From: Alphaproteobacteria bacterium
Lineage (GTDB): Bacteria; Pseudomonadota; Alphaproteobacteria; Rhizobiales; Devosiaceae
Reading direction: 5' to 3'
NCBI GenBank assembly: GCA_024280655.1
Contig: JAJRPR010000011.1
Location: 1 to 41,181 of the forward strand
Length of the DNA: 41,181 nucleotides
The notes beneath the pieces are model-generated. The model searched no databases. It saw nothing but the letters and a program-made list of their open reading frames with translations, and was not told the origin of the DNA. The position numbers and the translations under genes were made by a program. Position 1 is the first letter of the stretch, and the number at the start of each line of letters is the position of its first letter. Below are positions 27,578 through 37,206 of this stretch, piece after piece.

Positions 27578-28537
27578 ATGCAAAAAAAATTGATACCCTA
27601 TACTATTCTCTTTATCTTATCATTTATCTTACCGCTTAATAGTGTGTTAGCTCAAGATACCACACCAATTCCACAGCCACCTCCAAAGCGAGAAATAATC
27701 CCTGAACAAACCTCTGCCCCTATACCACTAATTGCGCAGCCTGATGATAGTAGCACTTTTCAAAATGATGACGGTTTCGAAAAAAAACTTACGCTTTTTG
27801 CAAAATTATCTGAAAATGGTGCAGTTTTGCAAAGTGGAGTTAGTTGGCGCATTTTTGATGCCAGCGAAATTGAAAATGGGCAAATGTCACTATTATTTAA
27901 GTCTGAACAAGCAGCAGCAAGTTTTAACTTAAAAATGGGCGAATATTTAATCCATGCGGCATACGGCAATGCTCAGGCCAGTGAGACAGTTAGCATTAGT
28001 TCTCCTACTATAAAAACCTTAGTATTTGAAGCAGGCGCATTACGCTTAAAGGCAGCAATTTCTGGCGATATACCAATTATCCCCTCTAACCTTAAATTTG
28101 AAATATCAACCAATGATGGCGATGCAAACGACAAAAAAATTATCGCAAATAATGTCCGCCCTAATGATATTATTTATCTAAATGCTGGAATTTATAATGT
28201 TACCTCATATTTTGGCAATGTTAATGCAAAAGTACAAGCAGATTTGCGGGTTGAAGTAGGGCAGATCACTGATGCTACATTATATCATGATGCCAGCAAA
28301 ATAAGCTTTCGCCTTGCTTCTGAGCCAAATGGCAAGGCAATAGCCGATGTTGAATGGAGCGTAAAAGAGCAGAACGGAGAAATTGTCTACACAAATCTTG
28401 GAGCTTTCCCTTCAACAATTCTAAAAGAAGGCGATTATGCCGTAATCGCTAAAATTGGGAAAAAGGTCTATAATCGAGATTTTCAGGTCAAACCATCAGC
28501 CCCACGCGAAATAGAGTTACTTACTTCGGTATATTGA
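27578..28537 (+). CDS. secreted protein of unknown function with three ~85-aa internal repeats
   Basis: 319 aa. Signal peptide ...NSVLA/QD, then a Pro-rich linker. Three repeats each end in a G-x-Y-x-hydrophobic-x-A/S-x-x-G pattern (MGEYLIHAAYG, AGIYNVTSYFG, EGDYAVIAKIG). Confidence 0.7.
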   Translation: MQKKLIPYTILFILSFILPLNSVLAQDTTPIPQPPPKREIIPEQTSAPIPLIAQPDDSSTFQNDDGFEKKLTLFAKLSENGAVLQSGVSWRIFDASEIENGQMSLLFKSEQAAASFNLKMGEYLIHAAYGNAQASETVSISSPTIKTLVFEAGALRLKAAISGDIPIIPSNLKFEISTNDGDANDKKIIANNVRPNDIIYLNAGIYNVTSYFGNVNAKVQADLRVEVGQITDATLYHDASKISFRLASEPNGKAIADVEWSVKEQNGEIVYTNLGAFPSTILKEGDYAVIAKIGKKVYNRDFQVKPSAPREIELLTSVY

Positions 28538-28564
28538 TCTCTATATTAGAATGATATTTGCAAC

Positions 28565-28586
28565 AAAACCCTTTATATAAGGTTTT
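28565..28586. terminator. AT-rich hairpin between convergent genes
   Basis: AAAACC(C)TT-TATAT-AAGGTTTT (8 bp with one bulge), followed on + by ATTACAATATTTTTTT. Weak. Confidence 0.3.
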
Positions 28587-28587
28587 A

Positions 28588-28773
28588 TTACAATATTTTT
28601 TTAGCAAGAATCCATGTAACAGGAACAGCAACAACAAAGCTAGCAACTGCGCCCCAAAGCAATGAATTAATATTAAACAATCCTAATTGCGGTGCACTAA
28701 GTGCAACGATCATAAACACCAACAAAAGCACTGGCATAGCCATCACATAAAGCGCAAAAAATTTCCAATTCAT
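28588..28773 (-). CDS. small two-TM membrane protein, unknown function
   Basis: 61 aa with a strong GGGGAG SD 7 nt upstream of the ATG. Confidence 0.55.
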   Translation of the reverse strand: MNWKFFALYVMAMPVLLLVFMIVALSAPQLGLFNINSLLWGAVASFVVAVPVTWILAKKIL

Positions 28774-28790
28774 TTTAATCTCCCCTAAAA

Positions 28791-28847
28791 TCTAAAGTAT
28801 AAAGCCTAAAGCTTAAAATCTAAAGCCCTAAAGATAGAACTTTAAAG
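28791..28847. repeat. phased array of CTAAAG (minus strand: CTTTAG) motifs
   Basis: The motif or a one-off variant ends at 28797, 28804, 28811, 28825, 28833 and 28847. Spacings are 7, 7, 14, 8 and 14 nt. Confidence 0.7.
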
Positions 28848-28870
28848 CAATTATATAATAAAATATTGAT

Positions 28871-30829
28871 CTATCTCAAATCAGGTGGTGTTGCTTCTTG
28901 AATAATTTCCCTTATTGCTTCTTCTGCATTTTTTACGCTTTGCCCTTGCGAGCCCAAACGACGGATTGAAACCGCGCCCTCCTCTGCCTCACGTTTACCA
29001 ACCACAAAAATTGCTGGCACTTTAGCGTGCGAATGTTCTCGTACTTTATAATTGATTTTTTCGCTTCTTAAATCGCTTATGGCACGAATTCCTTTAGCTT
29101 TTAATTTTTCAACTATACTTAAAGCATAATCATCAATGTCTGAAACAATAGGCGCAACGACAACTTGTATTGGAGCAAGCCACATTGGCATTCTGCCTGC
29201 GTGATTTTCTATTAAAATGCCAATAAATCGCTCAAGCGAGCCTAAAATTGCTCTGTGCAACATCACGGGGCGCTGGCGAGAACTATCCTTATCAATATAA
29301 GTAGCATCAAGTCGCTCAGGCAGCACAAAATCAAGCTGTAACGTGCCGCATTGCCAAGTGCGCCCAATAGCATCTTTTAGGTGGAACTCTAATTTAGGAC
29401 CATAAAAAGCCCCCTCACCTTCAACAATAGTGAACTCTCGCCCCGTAGCACTAAGCGCATCAATTAGCGATTTTTCAGCCAAATCCCACACTTCGTCAGT
29501 TCCTGCACGAACATCTGGACGTGTAGCCACTAGAATTTTAACTTCGCTAAATCCAAGCTCTTGATAAATAGAATCAAGTAATTCGCAAAATTGTTCAGTT
29601 TCAGATTGCACCTGCTCTTTTGTACAAAAAATATGCCCATCATCTTGTGTCATTTGCCTAACACGCATTAAACCATGCAAAGCACCATGCGCTTCATTGC
29701 GATGGCAACAGCCAAATTCCGCATATCGAAGCGGTAAATCACGATAAGATTTAATCCCCTGATTAAATATTTGCACATGGGCAGGGCAATTCATTGGCTT
29801 TAGCGCCATTAGCTTAGCGTTCCCTGAAAGCACTGGCACATCATCTTCAAGTGAAGGCACTTCATCGGGCACAACAAACATATTCTCTCTAAATTTTGCC
29901 CAATGCCCTGATTTTTCCCACAATTTAACGTCCATTAGTTCAGGAGTTTTTATTTCCTTATAATCAGATGCGCTAACTTTACGCCTAATATATTGCTCCA
30001 TCGCATTATAAATAACAAAACCATTTGGATGCCAAAAAACACTACCCTGCGCTTCTTCTTGAAAATGAAACAGGTCTAATTCACGACCTAATTTGCGGTG
30101 ATCTCGTTTTTCTGCTTCCTCAACCATGTGCAAATATTCATCAAGTTGCTTTTGGTTAGCCCATGCTGTGCCATAAATACGGGAAAGCACCGCATTATTG
30201 CTATCCCCTCGCCAATAAGCACCAGCAACTTTGGTTAACTTAAAAGCCTGTCCAACATCTTTTGTTGTGCGCATGTGTGGCCCAAGGCAAAGATCAAACC
30301 ATTGTCCTTGCTTATAAATATTTAGATTTTCGCCCTCAGCGATAGCATCAATCAATTCAATTTTATATTCTTCGCCTTTGGCCGCAAATACTTTCTTTGC
30401 TTCCTCACGTGACCAAACTTCTTTAGTAAAACTTGCACCACGCTGAATAATTTGGCTCATTTTCTTTTCAATGTTACGCAAATCTTCTGTTGAGAAAGGC
30501 TCATCACGAGCAAAATCATAATAAAAACCATTTTCAATCACAGGCCCAATGGTAACTTGCGTATCGGGCCATAATTCTTGCACGGCTTCTGCCAAAACAT
30601 GCGCACAATCATGGCGAATTAATTCAAGCGCCGCCTCATCATCACGCATAACGAATTCAACCAATGCCCCATCATTTAGCGCTTCGTTCAAATCAGAAAG
30701 TTCACCATCAATTTTTATAGCAACGGTTTTCTTTGCTAAAGACTTAGAAATTGCACCAACTATTTGCGCCCCAGTTATCCCCTCCTCATACTCACGAGTC
30801 GCACCGTCAGGAAATTTAATACTAATCAT
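28871..30829 (-). CDS. thrS: threonine--tRNA ligase
   Basis: 652 aa with a TGS domain N-terminus, a second additional domain, a class II core ([26 protein letters not shown]) and an anticodon-binding domain. Confidence 0.97.
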   Translation of the reverse strand: MISIKFPDGATREYEEGITGAQIVGAISKSLAKKTVAIKIDGELSDLNEALNDGALVEFVMRDDEAALELIRHDCAHVLAEAVQELWPDTQVTIGPVIENGFYYDFARDEPFSTEDLRNIEKKMSQIIQRGASFTKEVWSREEAKKVFAAKGEEYKIELIDAIAEGENLNIYKQGQWFDLCLGPHMRTTKDVGQAFKLTKVAGAYWRGDSNNAVLSRIYGTAWANQKQLDEYLHMVEEAEKRDHRKLGRELDLFHFQEEAQGSVFWHPNGFVIYNAMEQYIRRKVSASDYKEIKTPELMDVKLWEKSGHWAKFRENMFVVPDEVPSLEDDVPVLSGNAKLMALKPMNCPAHVQIFNQGIKSYRDLPLRYAEFGCCHRNEAHGALHGLMRVRQMTQDDGHIFCTKEQVQSETEQFCELLDSIYQELGFSEVKILVATRPDVRAGTDEVWDLAEKSLIDALSATGREFTIVEGEGAFYGPKLEFHLKDAIGRTWQCGTLQLDFVLPERLDATYIDKDSSRQRPVMLHRAILGSLERFIGILIENHAGRMPMWLAPIQVVVAPIVSDIDDYALSIVEKLKAKGIRAISDLRSEKINYKVREHSHAKVPAIFVVGKREAEEGAVSIRRLGSQGQSVKNAEEAIREIIQEATPPDLR

Positions 30830-30887
30830 AGACTTACTCTCAAAATTGGAATCAAAATATTATATGCTCATTAGCACCAGATTAAAA

Positions 30888-31199
30888 TTATTTCCAGCGC
30901 CCATATCTCCATGGAAGATAGAATTTACTGTCTTTAGGTAAGTTTTCAGGCACGGGGTCAAATCCATCAGTACCACTTGGGCGACATCTAACAACTCTTG
31001 CCAACCCCATCCAGCCACCTTTCCAAAAACCAAATTTCCAAATAGCGTCTTTGGTATATTCTGAACAAGAGGGCAAATGGCGACAATTTCGCCCAGCAAA
31101 GGCTGAAAGCGTGTAGCGATATATTTGAATTAAAAAAACCGCAGTGATTTTGAATGGGAAATCAACAGCTTTGCCTAACAATTTAAGAAATTGATTCAT
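30888..31199 (-). CDS. yidD: membrane protein insertion efficiency factor YidD
   Basis: 103 aa. IYRYTLSAFAGRNCRHLPSCSEYTKDAI...RVVRCRP is the YidD signature. Confidence 0.85.
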   Translation of the reverse strand: MNQFLKLLGKAVDFPFKITAVFLIQIYRYTLSAFAGRNCRHLPSCSEYTKDAIWKFGFWKGGWMGLARVVRCRPSGTDGFDPVPENLPKDSKFYLPWRYGRWK

Positions 31200-31647
31200 T
31201 AGTTTTCTTTATTTCATGGGTTTTCTTTATTTCATCAAAACAGGCAATAATTGCTTCAAATACCAAAAGCGTTGAAGTATGACGTGCTGGATAGGATTTT
31301 ACTGGCTGTAAATATTGCAAATCTGACCATTTACCTCTTGGTGGCGCTCCGTTCTGCTTAAGCATTACCACCATTTCATCTCTTAAATTGCGTAATTCTT
31401 TTTCGTTAGAACCAATTATATTTTTTGCTATGATTGAGGCTGAGGTCTGCCCCAAAGCACAGGCTGAAACTTTGTGTGAATAATCACTGACCACGCCATT
31501 TTGCAGTTTCAAACTAACCTCAACCACCGAGCCACAAATTTTAGAATTTTTTTTAACTCTTGCGTCAAATTCCTTGAGCGGCTCAATATTTTCTAGATTA
31601 GCTGCTATCTGTAATATTTTACTTGAATAAAGTTCTGAGAGTTCCAC
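31183..31647 (-). CDS. NifU-N/IscU/SufU-like iron-sulfur cluster scaffold-type protein
   Basis: 154 aa with a GTG start. Motifs NSKICGSVVEVSLKL and SACALGQTSASI. It overlaps yidD by 17 nt. Confidence 0.65.
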   Translation of the reverse strand: MELSELYSSKILQIAANLENIEPLKEFDARVKKNSKICGSVVEVSLKLQNGVVSDYSHKVSACALGQTSASIIAKNIIGSNEKELRNLRDEMVVMLKQNGAPPRGKWSDLQYLQPVKSYPARHTSTLLVFEAIIACFDEIKKTHEIKKTNESIS

Positions 31648-31760
31648 GATTATTTCTCATTTGCTTGCGAATTTCATATAGTTCTCTATATAATGGATTA
31701 TCAACGCCCTGCCAGCACTTTCGCATTTATTTTTTGGGCATAATTAACAGGAGATGCATT

Positions 31761-32402
31761 ATGGATGTAAAACTGCCAAATTTTGATGCAAAATCCAAAA
31801 AAACTGCAACGAAATTGCCAAAGCCAAACAAAAGGCCAAGCAAAAAGCAAATGCGAGAAGCGGTTAAAACGCTGATTGCATATGCAGGTGATGACCCAAC
31901 ACGTGAGGGCGTGATTGATAGTCCTAAACGTGTAGCAACAGCATATAGCGAGCTTTTTGCTGGATATGAGCAAGGCCCCAAGCAGATTTTAAGCAAGACC
32001 TTTCAAGATATTAGCGATTATAATGATATTGTTCTTTTACGTGATATTGCGTTTTATTCACATTGCGAACATCATCTCGTTCCGTTTTTTGGCAAGGTTC
32101 ATATTGCATATTTACCTAAGGAGGGCATTGTTGGCCTATCAAAACTAGCAAGATTAGTTGAGATTTATGCACGCCGCTTGCAAACTCAAGAAAACCTAAC
32201 AGCGCAAATTATTGAAGCATTAAATACTTATCTTGAGCCTCGTGGTGCTGCCATAATGGTTGAAGCGGAGCATATGTGCATGTCTATGCGTGGTGTTAGA
32301 GCGCCCGGAGCTACAACTTTGACACAAAAATTTACAGGCATATTTGCAGAAGAAAAAAGCGAGCGCGAACGGTTTTTTGCGCTAGTTAATGGAGCTAGAT
32401 AG
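31761..32402 (+). CDS. folE: GTP cyclohydrolase I FolE
   Basis: ORF 31623..32402 trimmed to ATG 31761, with AGGAG 7 nt upstream. Motifs [36 protein letters not shown] and QERLT-type (QENLTAQI). Confidence 0.92.
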   Translation: MDVKLPNFDAKSKKTATKLPKPNKRPSKKQMREAVKTLIAYAGDDPTREGVIDSPKRVATAYSELFAGYEQGPKQILSKTFQDISDYNDIVLLRDIAFYSHCEHHLVPFFGKVHIAYLPKEGIVGLSKLARLVEIYARRLQTQENLTAQIIEALNTYLEPRGAAIMVEAEHMCMSMRGVRAPGATTLTQKFTGIFAEEKSERERFFALVNGAR

Positions 32403-32403
32403 C

Positions 32404-32850
32404 ATGGCTATTAAGTTTTCTAATGCCAAAAGCCTATCAAAGGCCCAACTTGAGAGCGGCAAACAATTTGCTCCCAAATTGGATGAAAATGGGTTGGTGA
32501 GCGCTATTGCTCAAGACCATAAGAGCGGAGAAATCCTAATGCTGGCGCACATGAATGAAGAGGCGCTTAGTCTAACTCTTGAAACTGGCGAAGCACATTA
32601 TTTTTCTCGCTCACGGCAAAAGATATGGAAAAAAGGCGAAATTTCAGGCGAAGTGCAAAAATTAATAAAAATGCAGGTTGATTGCGATCAAGACGCTATT
32701 TTGCTTAAAGTTGAGCAATTAGGCATTGGTGCAGCCTGTCACACAGGACGCAAAAGCTGCTTTTTTCGCTCTGTTGAAATTAGTGAGGGGGAAACTTCTC
32801 TAAAGCTCACTGGTGGCGAGCAATTATTTGATCCTGAGGATAAATATTAG
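32404..32850 (+). CDS. hisI: phosphoribosyl-AMP cyclohydrolase HisI
   Basis: ORF trimmed to ATG 32404, 1 nt after the folE stop. Motifs [53 protein letters not shown] and [11 protein letters not shown]. Confidence 0.9.
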   Translation: MAIKFSNAKSLSKAQLESGKQFAPKLDENGLVSAIAQDHKSGEILMLAHMNEEALSLTLETGEAHYFSRSRQKIWKKGEISGEVQKLIKMQVDCDQDAILLKVEQLGIGAACHTGRKSCFFRSVEISEGETSLKLTGGEQLFDPEDKY

Positions 32851-32851
32851 C

Positions 32852-33346
32852 TTAGGGGGTTTTATTATTATTCCATTTTTTAGCTAGAGCTTGGAATTTT
32901 ATATAAAAACTATCGTTCGCATATAAACGGCGAGTTTCCTCTATAAACGGCATCATTTTCTTATAATCAGTTATTAAAGTTGTTTTATAGTAATCTTTTA
33001 CCATTTTCTCATCTAGTATTTTAGACTCAATCCCTTGAGCAACAATCTCATACCAATTTAAAATTGAGCGAACGGCTGTCATATCTTCGCTAGATTGGAT
33101 AGATTTAGCTAGTTCAATTAATTCTTCTTTATCATTGTCTCGGATTTTAATAAATACCTTCCTTGCCTCTAAGTAGTCCTTATCCCAAGATAATGCTATT
33201 AGGTTTTGATATGTTAAAACTTGTCGCCCTCTATTATATACCCAAATAGCAATGCCAACAGAAAAAACAATGGCAAGTATGGACATGACATTTGTCCCAT
33301 TAATTAACTCATATATAGTGCTTTGCATTTGTTTTAATATATCCAT
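32852..33346 (-). CDS. N-terminally membrane-anchored helical protein, possibly DUF4760 family
   Basis: 164 aa with one TM helix (MSILAIVFSVGIAIWVY). It is AT-rich. Its stop lies 1 nt from the hisI stop (convergent). The family call is from memory of length and architecture only. Confidence 0.4.
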   Translation of the reverse strand: MDILKQMQSTIYELINGTNVMSILAIVFSVGIAIWVYNRGRQVLTYQNLIALSWDKDYLEARKVFIKIRDNDKEELIELAKSIQSSEDMTAVRSILNWYEIVAQGIESKILDEKMVKDYYKTTLITDYKKMMPFIEETRRLYANDSFYIKFQALAKKWNNNKTP

Positions 33347-33469
33347 CAGACACTAACTATCCTCAAAATTATTTTTTCTATAGCATATTGAAGCTAAACA
33401 TTTTCTAATACTAGTCAAAAAATGTGTAGTAATCTATCTGATACAGAAATAATATCTATATAAGCCCTC

Positions 33470-34195
33470 TCAAGCTTTGCTCTCAAACAGTGGCGCAATG
33501 AATAGGCCGAGTAAAAAACCTCCTATATGCGCCTGCCATGCGATATTTATTTCTGCGAGCCCGAAAATGCCAACAAGTGGAATGGCGGCATTTATTGCTA
33601 GCCAAACTATGGTGAAATATTTTGTAGTTCTATTGTTCCACATTTCAGCAAAACTAGCCAGCGAGCGCCCTAAGACTATTATCTCGCCAGTTTCGGGGTG
33701 TTTCGCAACTTGAATGGGCTGAAACATAAAGCGAATAGCAACTCCAGTTAATCCTGCTATGCCGCCCGATGCGCCGACCAATAGGCTAAGTTCTGGTAAT
33801 GTTACTAACGCAAATAGCAAAGCTCCAGCTGCAGCGCTTAAGAAAAAAATCAGTAAAAAAGCGCTTACGCCATAGCGCCGTGCCACAGGCGTGCCAAAAA
33901 TCATTAGCCATGCACTATTAATGAATAAATGCTCCCAGCCAGAATGTAGCAACGCATGGGTGAAAATTGTCCATGTTAATGCAAGCGATCCTAGTGGGAA
34001 TTGTTCGGGAGCAATGAAGCGAGTTGGGATAAAGCCAAAATAGATAATAAGCAGCTGTTTAATATTCTCATTTGGAAAAAATGAAATAAATATTTGTGGT
34101 AACCAAATTATTATCAACAGAGCGATAATTATGTTTGGCAGGTTAAAAATGGGCTGTTTTGCAGTGTTTTTTGTATTTTCATCTTCATTTTCCAT
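33470..34195 (-). CDS. rhomboid-family intramembrane serine protease
   Basis: 241 aa. Motifs HSGWEHLFINSAWLMIFG and GASGGIAGL (catalytic Ser), with a distal AHIGGFLLG (catalytic His). Confidence 0.85.
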   Translation of the reverse strand: MENEDENTKNTAKQPIFNLPNIIIALLIIIWLPQIFISFFPNENIKQLLIIYFGFIPTRFIAPEQFPLGSLALTWTIFTHALLHSGWEHLFINSAWLMIFGTPVARRYGVSAFLLIFFLSAAAGALLFALVTLPELSLLVGASGGIAGLTGVAIRFMFQPIQVAKHPETGEIIVLGRSLASFAEMWNNRTTKYFTIVWLAINAAIPLVGIFGLAEINIAWQAHIGGFLLGLFIAPLFESKA

Positions 34196-34317
34196 GTTTT
34201 TAGCCTACTTTCTTTTGGTATTATCCACACATACTCATAAGCGTTAACCTTAATAAAAGATTAAGGGCGATTTTTATACTCAATTTTGCAATTATCTTTC
34301 TAGTTGCTTGGAGTGAA

Positions 34318-35058
34318 ATGTCTAAGCATTTTTATTTGCAATTTGTGCGGGAAGTCATGCAAAAAGAATCGTCAAAACTATTATATAATTATTGGAATGA
34401 ATTACGTGGTTCACGTAGCGCACCTGAACGTAAAAACCTTGATCCAACAAAGATTCGCAAATCACTTGCAAATGTTTTTATTCTAGAATCAGATGAAAAT
34501 GAAGATGAATTTTTGTTCCGCTTAGCAGGATCACACCTTTGCACAACATATTGCCGTGAATTAAAGGGGCGCTCTTTTAACGAGTTGTGGCATCAAAAAG
34601 ACCGTGATGCGCTAAAAACCCTTATCAGAGCAGTAACTGAGGATCATGCGGTAGCTCTGACAAGCTTTAATGGCACTAGCGCAAGTGGTAAGCGAATTAG
34701 TTTTGAAATTATCCTGCTTCCTGTTCGCCATAATGGAGAAACGACTTCACGTATTCTTGGTGCAATGAGCGCTATTGAAAACCCCTACTGGCTAGGGTTA
34801 GAGCCGATAGTTGAGCAAAGAATAACTGGATTAAGATTGATTTGGCCAGATGATGTTTCAAATCAATTACCTTTGCGCGATTTATCTAGCGATGTGATTA
34901 ATAACGAAGTTGATGTATATTTCAAAGATGAATTCTCTGGCGAAGAAAATAAGCAGCCTGTAGATATTCCAGCTAAAATAGCTATTCCTACTAAGGTTCA
35001 TGGCAATCTTGCACGTCGTTATTCACATTTAAGTGTAATTGATGGCGGAAAATCATAA
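34318..35058 (+). CDS. PAS_5 (PF07310-type) domain protein
   Basis: 246 aa. LLYNYWNELRGSRSAPERKNLDPTKIRKSLANVFILE...FLFRLAGSHLC is the alphaproteobacterial PAS_5 pattern. ATG 34357 is an equally plausible start. Confidence 0.65.
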   Translation: MSKHFYLQFVREVMQKESSKLLYNYWNELRGSRSAPERKNLDPTKIRKSLANVFILESDENEDEFLFRLAGSHLCTTYCRELKGRSFNELWHQKDRDALKTLIRAVTEDHAVALTSFNGTSASGKRISFEIILLPVRHNGETTSRILGAMSAIENPYWLGLEPIVEQRITGLRLIWPDDVSNQLPLRDLSSDVINNEVDVYFKDEFSGEENKQPVDIPAKIAIPTKVHGNLARRYSHLSVIDGGKS

Positions 35059-35136
35059 AAACGCATGAGCATTACTAATAGTTAACCTAAATGACGCTAT
35101 GGTTTGTTAATTATAATTTATTGGCGTGTAATATTT

Positions 35137-35769
35137 ATGTTTGAACTTCAAGATAATTCTTCGCAACTATATTCGCAAGATGCTCATATATCTGATTCAG
35201 ATCGTTTTCAGAGCGTAAAAGTCTCTATTTTAGGCCGTTATATGCTAGCGGACTATAGTGAATATCCTTGTCAAATAGTTGAAATGTCCCCTGGTGAAGC
35301 AAAAATCATTGCACCAGTGAGTGGTACTCTTGAAATGCGTATAGTTGCATATCTTGATACTATTGGCCGAATTGATGGAAAAATTATCAGTGTTTTTGAA
35401 GGTGGGTTTGTAATTAATTTCTCAGCATCTGCACGAAAACGTGATAAAATTGCCGCTCAACTTACTTGGCTAGCAAACAAAGATATACTTGGTTTAGAAG
35501 ATGAAAGAGATTCTGGGCGTTTTGTTCCCGATTTTCGTCATTCTAAAATCGTACTTGAAGACGGGCGAGAATATAATTGCAAACTATTAGATATCTCTGT
35601 TTCTGGCGCTGCAATTGAGCTTTCTGTGAGACCAGCTATGGGATCAATAGTTACTCTTGGTAGAATGCAGGCTAAAGTTATTCGCCATTTTGAAAATGGA
35701 ATTGGTGTTAGGTTTGCAAGTGCACAAGAAATTCTTACTATTGTACAACAAAATTTACGCCTTGATTAG
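35137..35769 (+). CDS. PilZ-domain protein (degenerate N-terminal PilZ-like half plus canonical C-terminal PilZ)
   Basis: ORF 35104..35769 trimmed to ATG 35137. The C-terminal half has RDSGR (RxxxR) and DISVSG (DxSxxG). The N-terminal half has only a degenerate EMSPGE. Confidence 0.7.
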   Translation: MFELQDNSSQLYSQDAHISDSDRFQSVKVSILGRYMLADYSEYPCQIVEMSPGEAKIIAPVSGTLEMRIVAYLDTIGRIDGKIISVFEGGFVINFSASARKRDKIAAQLTWLANKDILGLEDERDSGRFVPDFRHSKIVLEDGREYNCKLLDISVSGAAIELSVRPAMGSIVTLGRMQAKVIRHFENGIGVRFASAQEILTIVQQNLRLD

Positions 35770-35994
35770 GCAATTATAAAATCTAACTTTTAGCACTTCA
35801 CAAAAATATATCATAGTTTCATATATCTTATTAGTGCTCTCGCTCCAATAACACCCATTCCCATTATAGATTATTGTAATCTATGCACCTGTAGCAACAA
35901 TAAAGCATGGTTAAAAATAACTAAAAAACACCTGTAAACTTTGAATAAAAGTTGCATATTATTTTTTTCAATAGCGAAATAACTAAACTCTAGC

Positions 35995-36018
35995 GTGTTC
36001 CCCAATCAGGGAGAACAC
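35995..36018 (+). promoter_or_regulatory. hairpin sequestering the Shine-Dalgarno sequence of the BTLCP gene
   Basis: GTGTTCCCC-AATCA-GGGAGAACAC forms 6+3 bp with one bulged A. The 3' arm contains the SD GGGAG (36009..36013), 7 nt before ATG 36021. Confidence 0.4.
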
Positions 36019-36020
36019 AA

Positions 36021-36653
36021 ATGACAATTTATAAAAATAAACTATTCACAATATTAGCACTTATGTTTCTTATGTTATTAGCAGGTACTGATATAGCATT
36101 TGCCAACATTAACATAAATTTTAATAACCTAGCTTTTGCAAAAGCTGGCAATGTTCAAACATCTATTCCAATAGGACATGCTGAGTTTTGTAAGACACGG
36201 CCAGAAGAGTGCGGCAAAAACAAAGAGAACGTATCAGCAATTACCTTAACACAAGCGCTTTGGCAGGAGTTAGTAGGTATTAATGTGAAATATAATAGAG
36301 AAATTATTCCAGTTACCGACATGGAGCTTTATGGAGTTGAAGAATTTTGGACATATTCAAATGGATATGGCGATTGTGAAGAATATGTGCTTGAAAAACG
36401 CCGTGCTCTAATCAATCTTGGTTGGCCTGCATCAGTATTACTTATTGCTGTACTTCGTCAAGAAAGCGGAGAGGGTCATGCCGTACTTATGGTAAGAACT
36501 GATAGAGGCGATCTTGTTCTTGATAATCAAGCGGCACTCATAAAAGTTTGGAATGAAACACCCTACAAATATCTAAAACGACAATCCCAAGCAAATTCAG
36601 GTCAATGGGTTGATCTTTACGACCAAAGAGAAAACCTATTTGCTAAAAAATAA
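36021..36653 (+). CDS. periplasmic transglutaminase-like cysteine protease (BTLCP / LapG family)
   Basis: 210 aa with a signal peptide. The Cys-His-Asp triad sits in a conserved context: GYGDCEEYVLEKRRAL, GEGHAVLMVRT and LVLDNQ. Confidence 0.8.
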   Translation: MTIYKNKLFTILALMFLMLLAGTDIAFANININFNNLAFAKAGNVQTSIPIGHAEFCKTRPEECGKNKENVSAITLTQALWQELVGINVKYNREIIPVTDMELYGVEEFWTYSNGYGDCEEYVLEKRRALINLGWPASVLLIAVLRQESGEGHAVLMVRTDRGDLVLDNQAALIKVWNETPYKYLKRQSQANSGQWVDLYDQRENLFAKK

Positions 36654-36700
36654 ATATCGAACCTTTTACCCCCCTAAATGACCTCCATTAGGTTTGATAT

Positions 36701-36733
36701 GACCAGCCCCTCCCCTGAGGCTGGTCTTTTTTT
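36701..36733 (+). terminator. intrinsic terminator after the BTLCP gene
   Basis: GACCAGCC-CCTCCCCTGA-GGCTGGTC followed by TTTTTTT. Confidence 0.75.
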
Positions 36734-36735
36734 GT

Positions 36736-37053
36736 TTAAACGAAAGCTAGATAAATACTCATAAACATAAGACCCGTAATAAAAGCCCAACCAAAGGCAA
36801 TTAATGCTGCTAATAAAATAAAGGGCTTTGATAAGGATGCATCTTGGGGATTATTAAAACCAAGATTTAGCATAATATAGGGGCCACAGACAAAGCTGAT
36901 GAATAAATTACCAAGTGAGGCTAAATAGGTCTTGCCTGTATAGCTTAACATGGCGGGTGCTCTTAGTATGAATTGATAAAGATGCGCACTAACACCTGCA
37001 ACAGATATACCAACAGCAATTATAAACAATGCTAGAACAAGATCGTTTGACAT
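36736..37053 (-). CDS. small 3-TM membrane protein, unknown function
   Basis: 105 aa and hydrophobic throughout. No recognisable motif. Confidence 0.5.
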   Translation of the reverse strand: MSNDLVLALFIIAVGISVAGVSAHLYQFILRAPAMLSYTGKTYLASLGNLFISFVCGPYIMLNLGFNNPQDASLSKPFILLAALIAFGWAFITGLMFMSIYLAFV

Positions 37054-37206
37054 TAATATATTTTCCAGTCTTTAAATTTATTATTTAATATATTTACCTT
37101 TTGTTAAGTATAGTTGCAGCCTTATCAATAGTCATTAATTGTTGACAAACATGGTTAACAAAGCCAAGCGTGTGTTAACTTTTCTCTTTAGGGTTGATCT
37201 TTTGTT

